64,000 nt of DNA from Nannocystis bainbridge (GTDB lineage: Bacteria; Myxococcota_A; Polyangia; Nannocystales; Nannocystaceae). The stretch is taken from the NCBI RefSeq assembly GCF_028368995.1, contig NZ_JAQNDL010000001.1, forward strand, positions 2,880,001-2,944,000. The letters run 5' to 3'. Below are positions 29,290 to 39,074 of the stretch, in pieces. Within the stretch, counting starts at the first letter, position 1. Each line of letters opens with the position of its first letter. The notes beneath the pieces were generated by a model, which was not told the DNA's origin, did not search any database, and saw only the letters and a list, made by a program, of their open reading frames with translations. A program made the translations under genes and the position numbers.

Positions 29290-30654
29290 TCACTGAGGCC
29301 GGAAGATCACGGGGAACTCGAAGTTCGAGTTGTCGCCGTTGCCGAGGATCGCGTCCTTGCCCTGGCAATCAGGGGCCTGGTTCGAGAGGCAGTAGTCGAT
29401 GCTCCACTGGACCACGAACGGGCGCGTCTTGAACTCGTCCGGGACGACGTCGCCTTTCGCCCACATTTCGTGCGCAAACCCGGTCTTCGGCGTGCCCATC
29501 AGGGGCAGGAGCGAGCACTGAATCGCCTTGTCGCCGTCGGGCTCGTTGCCGTCGGCCACCAGCGGGCACAGCCCGAAGCAGCCGTCCTTGTCGGACTTGC
29601 AGTCGCCGGTGCCGAACGGCGACATCGACACGCGGTAGAGGAAGCCGAAGAAGCACGAATCGCCGCAGCTGGCCTTCTTCACCTCGAAGCGCGGGTCGGC
29701 GTCGCCGTCGAAGCGCAGCGGCTGGTCGGGGTCGAAGCCGATCAGCATCGGCTCGAGCGCGTTGTTCGTCTCGCCGCTGTGGTTGCCGACGATCGCGTAG
29801 GCCTTCGGCGCCTGCTGGGTCTGCTTGGCGCAGTACGGCGCGAACACCTTCACGCCCGACTGCTCGGCGGCCACGATCCAGGCCCAATTGCCGTACCGCG
29901 ATTCGCCGATCGTCCCGGTGATCTCGCAGCTCTTCGCGTCGACTCCGAGGCCGGCGGGCACCTTGCCGTCGCCGGTCCCGGCCGGCGTGGCGCAGGTGAT
30001 CGGCGAGCCGTCGCCGCCGGTGATGTAGTCGAGGATCGTCTTGTCGCTGTCCGCCGCCACGCACGGGCCGTCGGCCGCGAGCGCGTCGTAGTCGACCGTG
30101 AGCTGGTCGCCGATCGTCAGCGCCGGACAGCTGGCCACGGCCACGTGGTCCTCGAGGTCGGTGACGGTGAGCTCGACGACGAACTCGCCGGTCATGGTCG
30201 GCACGCCGGAGATCTCGCCGTTGGCGGCGTTGATGGCGAGGCCGTCGGGCAGGCCCGAGGCGGACCAGGTGTACTTCGGCACGCCGCCCGAGGCGGTCGG
30301 CTGGTGCTCGTACTCGGCCCCCTGCGCGCCCTTCGGCAGCGCCCCGCAGTCGACGACCAGCGCCGGCGGCGGCTCGTCGGTGGTCGCCGTCGTGGTCGTC
30401 GGCGCGTCGGTGGTGGCGGGGTTCGTGGTCGTCGTCGGCGCGTCGGTCGACGACGATGTCGGGTCCGCGTCGGTGGTGGTCGCCGGCGGCTCGGTGGTCT
30501 GGGTCGCGGAGCCGACGTAGCTCCCACCTCCCGCAGCGTCGTCGTCGCCGCACGCCGTCGACAGCGCCGACATGCCGAGCACGAGCATCCACGTCCATCC
30601 GGGCCCGGAGAGTCGCACTCTCCGCTCGCGGCCTTCACTGGCGAACCGCCTCAT
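29290..30654 (-). CDS. Cys-rich lipoprotein with a putative Ig (He_PIG-like) domain
   Basis: Lipobox STAC; Thr-rich linker; ASGGVPKYTWSASGLPDGLAINAANGEISGVP. Confidence 0.8.
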   Translation of the reverse strand: MRRFASEGRERRVRLSGPGWTWMLVLGMSALSTACGDDDAAGGGSYVGSATQTTEPPATTTDADPTSSSTDAPTTTTNPATTDAPTTTTATTDEPPPALVVDCGALPKGAQGAEYEHQPTASGGVPKYTWSASGLPDGLAINAANGEISGVPTMTGEFVVELTVTDLEDHVAVASCPALTIGDQLTVDYDALAADGPCVAADSDKTILDYITGGDGSPITCATPAGTGDGKVPAGLGVDAKSCEITGTIGESRYGNWAWIVAAEQSGVKVFAPYCAKQTQQAPKAYAIVGNHSGETNNALEPMLIGFDPDQPLRFDGDADPRFEVKKASCGDSCFFGFLYRVSMSPFGTGDCKSDKDGCFGLCPLVADGNEPDGDKAIQCSLLPLMGTPKTGFAHEMWAKGDVVPDEFKTRPFVVQWSIDYCLSNQAPDCQGKDAILGNGDNSNFEFPVIFRPQ

Positions 30655-30843
30655 CGTCCGATCTCCTCTTAGTTCAAAAGCCCGCCAATCGGGCCCGCCG
30701 AGCATAGCACCTCGCCGCCGCCGCCCTCGGGGAATTTCTTCCGTACGTCGTCCACCGCGGCCCGGACCCGCGACGGGGAGCCGCGGGGAAATCCGGTCCG
30801 CCGCGGTCGGTCGGCCGGCCTCGCGCTACGCTACGGTCCTCCC

Positions 30844-31350
30844 GTGAGCTTGTGGCAGCACCTCTGGCCCCCGCGACCGCGTCGCCTCGAACGACTGTCC
30901 GACATCCTGGGCACGGGGCGTGACGAGCTCGTCACCTTCAGCGGCAGCGTCGAACCGCTCGAGGCGATCCACGATCCCGTCAGCGGCGAGGCCGCGGTCG
31001 CCATCGACTACCGCGCCTTCCCGCCGCACAGCGTCGTCGGGGTCGCCGGCGCGCTCAGCGTCATCTCGCGGACGCTTCAGGTCGCGCGCCAGCAGGCCGT
31101 CGACTTCCTGGTCGCCGAGGGTCCGCACCGCGTCCTCGTCTGCGTCGACCGAGGCACCGACCTCGACAATTTCCACCGCGAATTGCTGACCCGCCACGGC
31201 GTCGGCCTCCGCACCGAACGATCCCTGGTGGCCCCCGGCGCCCGCGTATGCGTGATCGGCCGCCGGCTCGCTGCCCGTCCCACGTCCCCGCTGCGCGACG
31301 AACCCTACCTCGCGGTCGTGCGAGCGCAGCGGTTCTGGCCGCTCGCGTAG
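30844..31350 (+). CDS. Hypothetical protein
   Basis: GTG start; plausible codon usage; ends in (GCGTAG)x3. Confidence 0.6.
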   Translation: MSLWQHLWPPRPRRLERLSDILGTGRDELVTFSGSVEPLEAIHDPVSGEAAVAIDYRAFPPHSVVGVAGALSVISRTLQVARQQAVDFLVAEGPHRVLVCVDRGTDLDNFHRELLTRHGVGLRTERSLVAPGARVCVIGRRLAARPTSPLRDEPYLAVVRAQRFWPLA

Positions 31351-31689
31351 GCGTAGGCGTAGGCGGGACGTCGACCTCGGCGGACGTCGCACGGACGAGC
31401 GGCCTCTGCCGCGCGGCGCGAGTGAGGTCACGGCATCCGTGCGACCTGCTCGACCGGCCTGCGAATCAACGCCTGCGAGCTCGGTTTCCTCGCGACCTCG
31501 CCTGCGCCGCATGCCTCGCGTCCGCGGATCTTCGACTTGAAGCACTCGCATCCGCGCGACCCCACGAGCATGCCCGCGACCCGAACCATCGACCCGCTCG
31601 CGTGACGACAAAAATGCCCGCGCTCGCATCGGCTCGGCCGCACGAGCCATCCGCGACCGGGACTGCTTCGCATGCAGCCGCGACCTCGC

Positions 31690-31905
31690 GACATCGTCAC
31701 GCCCCACGCTCGTCGCCACGCCTCACGTCTGCGACCTCGTCGCTTCGACGCGCACACGCTCGTCGTCACGCCCCACGAGCACATCGCGGCCTCGCGCCGT
31801 CGACACACATACGCGTCGTCACGACCTCACGAGCACGTCGCGGCCTCGCAACGACGACACGCGCACGCGTCGTCACGACCTCACGAGCACGTCTGCGACT
31901 TCGAA
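31690..31905. repeat. Imperfect 53-54-bp tandem repeat
   Basis: cgtcgtcacg(c/a)cc(c/t)cacgagcac.. at 31761, 31814 and 31868, with a degenerate copy at 31692. Confidence 0.75.
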
Positions 31906-32042
31906 CCACGACCGACGCGCGACCACGGATCTCCGCCGAGCCTCGCGCACTCCCGCGTCCTGCCCTCGCGTCGCACACGCAACGGCGTACCGTCACGTCT
32001 TCTCCTCACACCCTGTCGGCGCCGAAGTCGCTGCGTGGTCAA

Positions 32043-32483
32043 TCAGTAGCCGCGGAGGCGGCGGATGTCGCGGCGTTCTTGTTTCGTCGGCCGGCCGAGG
32101 CCGCGATCGCGCACCACCATCCCGGGCACCTCCGTCGAGGGCGGGCGCGGCGGTGATCGATCGTTGTAGAGCGTGCGGGCCACCGCGGCCGGGCCCCGGC
32201 GTTCGCTGAGGCCGAGCACCTCCAGGATCCGCAGCCCGTCGCTGGTCTTGATCGTGACCTCCTCGCCGCGGCGCAGCGACCGGGCCGCCTTTGCCGTGAC
32301 GCCGGCCACCTTCACGTGGCCTGCGGCGCACGCCTCGCTCGCCAGCCCGCGGGTCTTGAAGCAGCGCGCCGCCCACAACCACTTGTCGAGCCGCACCGAC
32401 TGCAGCGCCGGATCTCCCGCGGGGCCTGGCGGCGTCGCACCGGCCTCGGCCTCGCCCTCGTCATTGTCGTCCGCGTCGTCCAT
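32043..32483 (-). CDS. hslR: Ribosome-associated heat shock protein Hsp15 (S4 domain)
   Basis: VRLDKWLWAARCFKTRGLA, RGPAAVARTLY, GRPTKQERR. Confidence 0.9.
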   Translation of the reverse strand: MDDADDNDEGEAEAGATPPGPAGDPALQSVRLDKWLWAARCFKTRGLASEACAAGHVKVAGVTAKAARSLRRGEEVTIKTSDGLRILEVLGLSERRGPAAVARTLYNDRSPPRPPSTEVPGMVVRDRGLGRPTKQERRDIRRLRGY

Positions 32484-32704
32484 CCAGGGGCCTTCAGCAT
32501 GCCCCGGGCCTCCCCCGTTCGCCAGCGCTGGCGACGCCTCGCGCGCGCTCGCCCGGCCTTGCGCGATCGTCGCTCGAGGCGTGGGCGGCCGCCTCTTCGG
32601 CCGCCTCGAGCGCACCGCCGTGGCCGCCACGAACATGCCCCAAGAGACATCTACCCGGCCGCGCGCTTGACAAGCGAACCCGGCCGCGAAACCCTCATGA
32701 ACGC

Positions 32705-33955
32705 ATGCAAGGCGCCCCCCCGATCAACTTCGCGGTGCCCGGAGACGTCGGGGCCGCGCAGCGAATGGCCGCCGCCGCTCGCGGCGACGCCGTCGCCTTC
32801 ATCGAGCTGTGCGAGAGCTACGCCCCGGCCCTGCTGGGCGCGACCTTGCGGATCCTCGGCGACCGGGTCGCCGCCGAGAGCGCGGTCTACGGCGTCCTCC
32901 TCGACGGCTGGCGCGGCGCCAAGCAGTTCGACCCGCGTCACTACAGCGTCCGCGTGTGGTGGACCATCGGAGCCCGCGGCGCGGCCCTGCACGCCCTGCC
33001 CGAGCACCGCGCCGCTCGCATGGCGGCCGTCCACGACACCCAGATCACCACCCTCGACGACAAGACCGAGGCGCCCGACGTGGGGCCCCTGCGCCAGGCC
33101 GTGCAGACGGCGATGCTCGACCTCGACGACGAGCCGCGCAGCGCCCTCCAGCTGGCCTACTTCGAGGGCCTCGGCGCCGGCGAGATCGCCGATCGTGCCC
33201 GCACCTCGCCCGAGGTCGTGCGCGCCCAGGTCGCCGACGGCCTGCGGCGGCTGTCGGCGGCGCTCGCCGGCACCCCTCCCACCACCGATGTCCCGCGCCC
33301 GCACGACCACCTCGCCGCCGCTTACTTGCTCGACGAGCTCGCGCCCGAGGACCGCGTCCGCTTCGAGCGCGGCGAGGCCATCGGCGAGCTGCAGGCCGTC
33401 GAGGTTGCGGCCCAGCGCGACAACGTCCACGGCCTCGCGCTCTACACCTTCCCCGCCGCCCTGTTGCCGCAGACGCGCGCGCGCCTGGTCGCCGCGATCG
33501 CCGGCCCCGAGCGACTCAGCCCGTTCACCGAGGACCTCGCCGCGCTGCTGCGCCTGCCGCACCACGACGCCCGCGAGATCCTCGCCCGCGTCGACGCGCC
33601 CCGCGGCTGGCGCGACGACGCCGGCCTGCGGATCTTGCCGCTCGAGACCGGCGCCGAGGTACGTGTCCCCGAGAGCATGTCCGAAGAGCCAGATGCGGTC
33701 TCCACCAGCGACATCACGCTGATCCAGCGTCCGGCGTGGCCGCGGCGGCTGATCGTGCGCGTCGCACCGGGCGCGGTCATCCCGTCTCGCTATCCGCACA
33801 GCGAGGCGCGCGTGCTGGTGCTCCAGGGCGGCCTCAGTCACGAGGAGTCCGGCGCGGCGCGCCCGGGCGACCTGGTGCCGTGGCCTTCGGGCACCACGCT
33901 GGGCGTGGCCGACGCGGGCGGGCCGGAGCTGATCCTCGCCGTTCTGAATCAATGA
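32705..33955 (+). CDS. Degenerate ECF sigma factor fused to anti-sigma-like and cupin-like domains
   Basis: Sigma2-like and sigma4-like (LQLAYFEGLGAGEIA) segments, then HLAAAYLLDELAPEDRVRFE, then VRVAPGAVIP..VLVLQG..PGD. Confidence 0.7.
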   Translation: MQGAPPINFAVPGDVGAAQRMAAAARGDAVAFIELCESYAPALLGATLRILGDRVAAESAVYGVLLDGWRGAKQFDPRHYSVRVWWTIGARGAALHALPEHRAARMAAVHDTQITTLDDKTEAPDVGPLRQAVQTAMLDLDDEPRSALQLAYFEGLGAGEIADRARTSPEVVRAQVADGLRRLSAALAGTPPTTDVPRPHDHLAAAYLLDELAPEDRVRFERGEAIGELQAVEVAAQRDNVHGLALYTFPAALLPQTRARLVAAIAGPERLSPFTEDLAALLRLPHHDAREILARVDAPRGWRDDAGLRILPLETGAEVRVPESMSEEPDAVSTSDITLIQRPAWPRRLIVRVAPGAVIPSRYPHSEARVLVLQGGLSHEESGAARPGDLVPWPSGTTLGVADAGGPELILAVLNQ

Positions 33956-33992
33956 GGTGCCGGGGGCGCCGTGGCGTGCTAACCACGGCCCC

Positions 33993-34304
33993 ATGTCCGG
34001 ATCTACCCACCGGCCCGACGAGACGCGCCGGGCCCCCGCGCGCGAGGCGATCCTCGCCGCGCACAGCTTCCCCGGCGAGTATACGATCAAGGCCTTCGGC
34101 CCAGCCGACGACGCCTTCCGGACCGCCGCGGTCGACAGCGCGCATGGCGTGGTCGGCCCCGCGCGGCTGGCCGTGAGCGAACGAATGACGCGCTCGGGCG
34201 ACCGCCTCTGTCTCACGTTCATTCTCGCCGCCGAGAGCGTCGAGGAGGTCGAGGAGGTGTACGCCCGACTGTACAGCCTCCCCGCCGTCCTCTTAATCTT
34301 TTGA
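33993..34304 (+). CDS. DUF493/YbeD family protein
   Basis: HSFPGEYTIKAFG, TRSGDRLCLT, EVEEVYARL. Confidence 0.8.
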   Translation: MSGSTHRPDETRRAPAREAILAAHSFPGEYTIKAFGPADDAFRTAAVDSAHGVVGPARLAVSERMTRSGDRLCLTFILAAESVEEVEEVYARLYSLPAVLLIF

Positions 34305-34391
34305 GGCCAGAGTCTCGCTCGCGCCCCTGAATGTCCTCGCGGCGCCGCGGGTCCAAACCCGCGGCTCCCGTCACCCCACCGACCAGTTGCC

Positions 34392-35015
34392 ATGCTTGCA
34401 CGTCCACTCCAGCTCATCGCCCTAGGCCTCGCGCTCACCTCCGGCCTCGGCGCCAACCTCGGCTGCAAGCCCAAGGCCGTGCGCGGCGGCCCCGGCACCG
34501 AGAACCCCAACCTCGACCAGGGCGCGATGAGCACCACGCTCGACCGCAAGGACTTGCAGGATCTGCTGCAGGTCGCGCTCGAGAAGCTGCACGCCTCGCC
34601 GTTCTGGGCCCAGGTCTCGAGCTTCCCGGCCCCGGTGGTGGTGGCGATCTGGCCGTTCAAGAACGAGACCTCGGAGCACATCGACGACCAGCTCAACACG
34701 CTGCTCGGCGACCTCGAGACCGAGCTCGTCAACAGCGGCGTGGTCCAGGTGGTCAGCCGCGAGCGCCAGGCCGAGATGGCCAGCGAAGCCGCGGTGCAGC
34801 AGAACCGCTCGGTCTACGACCCGAACTTCGCCGCCCAGATCTCGCGCCAGATCGGCGCCAAGTACTTCTTCACCGGCAAGGTCGGCAGCGTCGACGAGTT
34901 CTTCAACAAGGAGCGCCGGGTCCAGTACACCCTGTTCATCCAGGTGATCGAGGTCGAGACCAGCCTGGTGCGCTTCCAGTACAAGGCCGAGCGCAGCAAG
35001 GCGATCGTCCGCTAG
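34392..35015 (+). CDS. LpoB-family lipoprotein
   Basis: Lipobox NLGC; NETSEHID, LVNSG, IGAKYFFTGKV. Confidence 0.8.
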   Translation: MLARPLQLIALGLALTSGLGANLGCKPKAVRGGPGTENPNLDQGAMSTTLDRKDLQDLLQVALEKLHASPFWAQVSSFPAPVVVAIWPFKNETSEHIDDQLNTLLGDLETELVNSGVVQVVSRERQAEMASEAAVQQNRSVYDPNFAAQISRQIGAKYFFTGKVGSVDEFFNKERRVQYTLFIQVIEVETSLVRFQYKAERSKAIVR

Positions 35016-35021
35016 GGTGCC

Positions 35022-36419
35022 ATGCCCGCCCCGTCCGCGCGCCTGCGAGCCGGCCTGGCCGCGCTCTCGCTCGGCCTGGCCCTCGGGACAGGTTGTGCGA
35101 CCTACTCGGACCGCACCCGCGAGGCCCGCGGCGCGGCCCAGCGGGGCGACCTGCCCGGCGCAGAGAAGCAGGTCAACAAGCTGCTCGGCACCCGCAGCAG
35201 CAAGGACATGCCGACCAAATGGAAGAAGGACACCGCGCTGGCCCTGCTCGAGCGCGGCATGATCCTCCACGCCAGCGGCGCCTACAAGCTCAGCGCCCGC
35301 GACCTCTCGGTCGCCGAGAAGCAGCTCGAGCTCCTCGACATCGCCCGCGACGGCGCCGGCCAGCTCGGCAAGTACGTGTTCTCCGACAGCTCCACCAAGT
35401 ACAAGGCGCCGCCGTCGGAGAAGCTGGTCCTCAACGCCTACAACCTCCTCAACTACCTGTTGCAGGGCGACCTCTCGGGCGCGCGCGTCGAGGCCAAGCG
35501 CTTCACCGTGATGCACGAGTACCTCACCAGCTACGACCAGCGCGGCCGCCCGCGGGGCGACGGCGCGGGCGGCGAGGCCCCGGCGCTGCCCCACGGCGCG
35601 TTCGGCAGCTGGCTGGCCGGCTTCGTGTTCGAGCGCCTCGGCGAGCACGAGTCGGCGCTGCGCTACTACGACGAGGCCCTGCAGGCGCGCCCGTTCGCCA
35701 GCCTGGTCGGCCCGGTCCAGCGGCTGTCGGCGCTGGCCGGCTACCGCTCGCCCCACATCGATGCTGTCCTCGGGGGCATGTCCTATGAGGCAGCCCAGGC
35801 GCCGGCCGAGGTCGTGGTGGTCGTCAGCGTCGGCCGGGCCCCGCTCAAGGAGGCGCGCCACATGCCGATCGGCGCCGCCATCGGCCTGGCCCACGCCTAC
35901 GTCACCGGCGACAGCCGCGTGCTCGAGCGCAGCGCGCTGAAGATGGTCGTCTACCCCGAGCTGGTGCCGTCGGGCAGCGCGTTCGAGACCGCCGAGCTGC
36001 GCGTCGACGGCCAGGCGGTCGGGCTCGAGATCGCCAGCGACATCCAGACCGAGGTCATCACCGAGTACGAGGAGATGAAGCCGAAGATCATCGGCGCCGC
36101 GATCTCGCGCCTGATCGTGCGCGCCGCGGTGGCCGAGGGCGCGCGCGCGGCCGGCAACAGCGCGGAGAAGGGCGGCGCGATCATCGGCCTGTTCGCCGCG
36201 CTCGCGGCCGAAGGCGCCCTGCTGGCGGCCGATCGCCCTGACACCCGCTCCTGGACGCTCCTGCCCGGCCTCGTCCTGGTCGCGCGCGTCCCCGTCCTGC
36301 CCGGCCCGCACGCCGTCAGCGTGATCGCCTCCGGCCGCGGCGGCAGCGAGACCCGCAACTATTCGCTCGACGTGGCCGCCGGCGGCTACGTTGTGCTCGA
36401 CGTCACCACCCTGCGCTGA
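35022..36419 (+). CDS. COG3014-like TPR lipoprotein
   Basis: Lipobox GTGC; LLERGMI, YKAPPSEK, ARVEAKR, PDTRSWTLLP; adjacent to the LpoB gene. Confidence 0.8.
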   Translation: MPAPSARLRAGLAALSLGLALGTGCATYSDRTREARGAAQRGDLPGAEKQVNKLLGTRSSKDMPTKWKKDTALALLERGMILHASGAYKLSARDLSVAEKQLELLDIARDGAGQLGKYVFSDSSTKYKAPPSEKLVLNAYNLLNYLLQGDLSGARVEAKRFTVMHEYLTSYDQRGRPRGDGAGGEAPALPHGAFGSWLAGFVFERLGEHESALRYYDEALQARPFASLVGPVQRLSALAGYRSPHIDAVLGGMSYEAAQAPAEVVVVVSVGRAPLKEARHMPIGAAIGLAHAYVTGDSRVLERSALKMVVYPELVPSGSAFETAELRVDGQAVGLEIASDIQTEVITEYEEMKPKIIGAAISRLIVRAAVAEGARAAGNSAEKGGAIIGLFAALAAEGALLAADRPDTRSWTLLPGLVLVARVPVLPGPHAVSVIASGRGGSETRNYSLDVAAGGYVVLDVTTLR

Positions 36420-36499
36420 CCCTCGCTTACGCTGCTCGTCATCCGCCTCGCGCTCCGTCTCTCTCCATACGCAGCCCGCTCGCCCTTCGAGGTGTTCCC

Positions 36500-37114
36500 A
36501 TGATCCGTCGTCGCCTTCGTCTCCGCGCCCTGCACTCCTTCCTCTCGGTCGTCGGCGTGTACCTCGGATTGTGCGCCGTCGCGCCGGTCGCCGAGGCCAG
36601 CGTGCTCGGCCGCCGCGGCATCGAGATCGAGGGCCCGCAGGACCGCCGCGGCTTCTTCATCGGGCCCGGCATCGGCTTCGGCGCGACGTACTTCGACAGC
36701 CCGCTGTTCGCCCGCACCTTCAACGAGGCGACCGCCTTCATCCCCGGCGGCCGCATCGAGCTGGCCCTCGGCGGCGGCGTCGGCAAGCGCCTCACGCTCG
36801 GCGTCAACCTCCACCTCGGCACTTACATGTCGAGCCGCTTCGGCCCCAAGGTGTTCTTCGGCGGCGACGTCGAGGCCAACATCTTCATCATCCGCGGCTT
36901 CTTCGTCCGCACCGGCCTCGGCATCGGCGGCGTGCCGCAGGGCGACGGCCGCCGCGTCCGCATGGGCGCCGGCGGCGTGGTCGGCCTCGGCTACGAGTTC
37001 TGGCTCAACGCCAGCGCAGCCCTCGGCGTGGCCCTGCTCTACGACCTCCGCGCGGTCCCGGGCGACGGCCTGCGTCACACGCCGTACGTCGGCTTGCGCT
37101 TCGCCTGGTACTGA
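36500..37114 (+). CDS. Probable small outer-membrane beta-barrel protein
   Basis: Signal peptide; alternating Gly/aromatic strands; terminal YVGLRFAWY. Confidence 0.7.
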   Translation: MIRRRLRLRALHSFLSVVGVYLGLCAVAPVAEASVLGRRGIEIEGPQDRRGFFIGPGIGFGATYFDSPLFARTFNEATAFIPGGRIELALGGGVGKRLTLGVNLHLGTYMSSRFGPKVFFGGDVEANIFIIRGFFVRTGLGIGGVPQGDGRRVRMGAGGVVGLGYEFWLNASAALGVALLYDLRAVPGDGLRHTPYVGLRFAWY

Positions 37115-37300
37115 CGCCCGCATCGGCCAGGCCCGCGCCAAGTTCAGCGCAGCCCTCGAATTCCTTTTTGCGCGCAGGGTTAGAGGCCAAGGCGCTCGTC
37201 GGGAGCGGTCCCGGATAATCAGCAATCGTCCCCGAGCCTGTCCCAGGACTTTCTGTGACAGGCCTCGGTTCCGCGCGAAGCGCCCCGGGACCGAACCCTC

Positions 37301-37711
37301 GTGGACGGCACCGGCCCAGCCGACACTTACCTGGGCGGTGGCGACGTGCTCGTCATCAAGCTGTCCTCGAGCGATGAGAAGGTGTGGAGCCGCATGTTCG
37401 GCACGGGCGGGGGCGACGAACCCAAGGGCGTCGCCACCGACGCGTCGAACAACATCTATGTGGTCGGGTACACGTCGGGCAACCTGGGCGGCAACAACGC
37501 CGGGATGAATGATTACTTCGTCACCCTGTTCTCGAAGGGCGGGACCAAGCTGTGGAGCCGTCAACGCGGCACGAGCAAATCCGACTACTCGAGCGACATC
37601 GCGGTGACCTCGTTCGGCACGCCAGTGATCGCCGGGCAAACCGACGGCTCGTTCGGAACGCCGAACCTCGGCAGCAACGAATGGGTCGAGGCCATGCTGT
37701 GCGGGCAGTGA
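37301..37711 (+). pseudogene. SBBP (beta-propeller repeat) gene fragment
   Basis: GVATDASNNIYVVGYTSGNL and DIAVTSFG..IAGQTDGSFG repeats; no signal peptide, only about 2.5 blades. Confidence 0.6.
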
Positions 37712-37973
37712 GGTGCTGCGCCGACATCGAACTCGATCACGCCGGCGTCGGCAGCCAGCGCCGCGAGCTGCTCCGTCACCTGGAGGTCGCGGATGAACTG
37801 TAGAGGATCGCGGGGCCTCGACTCGGACCTGCCAACCGGCGCCCCTCGACGGCATCGGGGACGCGGTCGTGGGTCGTCGGGAGCATCCGCGAGCTGCTTG
37901 GCTGACGACTAACATCGCCGCACATCGGGCCGAGTTCGGATAAGTTCGGGCAAGAGACCAAAGGACACACGAC

Positions 37974-39074
37974 ATGGCTGCGACCGTCACGGAGCTCGAT
38001 GGCCCGCTCAGACAAGAATTCGAGTCGATCCTCTGCTCGCTCTTCGGCGACAACACCGGCGAGTTGCGACAGCACCTGAGCTACGAGCCGCAGGCCTCCA
38101 GCCTCGTCACAGAGCTACCCGGTCCGAGTGCCTCGATGAGCGCGCTGGTGCATGCGAGCGTGACACTCTTGCTGTCGCACGGCAGGTTGAGCGAACCAGG
38201 CTTCTTCGAGCGCTTGATCGCCCGGAGGCCGCTGCGTGGAGACGAGATCCGGGCGATACGCCAGCGGATCTCGGGTGAAAATTCCTCGCCAGGTGAGGCC
38301 GGGCGGACGCACGTCCTGGTGTTTCGCGGTCAGTTCCCGCAACAGCCGACGCTGATCTCGCTCAAAGAGATCCGGGACGCTCTCCGCCCGATCCAGCCGA
38401 TCGACGAACCAGAGTGGCTCGACTGGCCCCCGCTCGACGCACGGGACCTCACCGCCTGGCGCGCCGGCCTCCGGTCGCTGCATGAACGCGTGGGGCAGTT
38501 CATCGATGCCAAGGTGCGCCCTTCGACCGAGGGCAGCGTATCGGTATTTGCGCTCGGGCCGACTCCGTGGTTGATCGCACTCGGAGATCGCCTCGGAGAT
38601 GCGATTCCGGTCCGAATCTACGGGCGGCTGCGCGAGCCCGAGGGCTGGCACTGGCAGTCGTCCCCTGAATCGGAGACGGCGCTCCGGGTCGAACGGCGCG
38701 GCCCGACCACGAAGGTCACGAGCGTCGCGCTGCTCCTCTCGATCAGCGCTCGCATCTCCCGCAAAGAGGTCGACGCCGTGCTACCGAGACCCGGGCGGGC
38801 GCTGTTCGAGGTATCGCTCGAGCGTCCGCGGCCTGACGCGATCCGCACCGAGGCGCAACTGAGAGAATTCGCCGAACACGCGCGAACGTTGTTCTACCGG
38901 ATCTTCTCGGGTCATACGCGCGATCGGCCGATTCACGTGTTCGCGGCTGCGCCGGCGCCGGTCCTGCTCGCGCTCGGGCGAGCGCTGCCCCACCGCGTCG
39001 CCCGACAGGTCCACCTCCATGACTATTCGGCGCGGGAGGGGTTCAGCCAGGCGCTGCCGCTCTACGAGACATGA
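37974..39074 (+). CDS. SAVED-domain cyclic-oligonucleotide sensor with an N-terminal ~100-aa helical (EAD-like) domain
   Basis: AAAGGA RBS; SAVED-type motifs VFALGPTPWLIALG..LGD, WHW, ALLLSISA, IHVFAAAPAPVLLALGR, HLHDY. Confidence 0.8.
   Translation: MAATVTELDGPLRQEFESILCSLFGDNTGELRQHLSYEPQASSLVTELPGPSASMSALVHASVTLLLSHGRLSEPGFFERLIARRPLRGDEIRAIRQRISGENSSPGEAGRTHVLVFRGQFPQQPTLISLKEIRDALRPIQPIDEPEWLDWPPLDARDLTAWRAGLRSLHERVGQFIDAKVRPSTEGSVSVFALGPTPWLIALGDRLGDAIPVRIYGRLREPEGWHWQSSPESETALRVERRGPTTKVTSVALLLSISARISRKEVDAVLPRPGRALFEVSLERPRPDAIRTEAQLREFAEHARTLFYRIFSGHTRDRPIHVFAAAPAPVLLALGRALPHRVARQVHLHDYSAREGFSQALPLYET

Noticed and set aside
31690-31905. Possible CRISPR array
   Set aside because: The sequences between repeats resemble each other (tandem repeat, no unique spacers), and there are no cas genes in the window.
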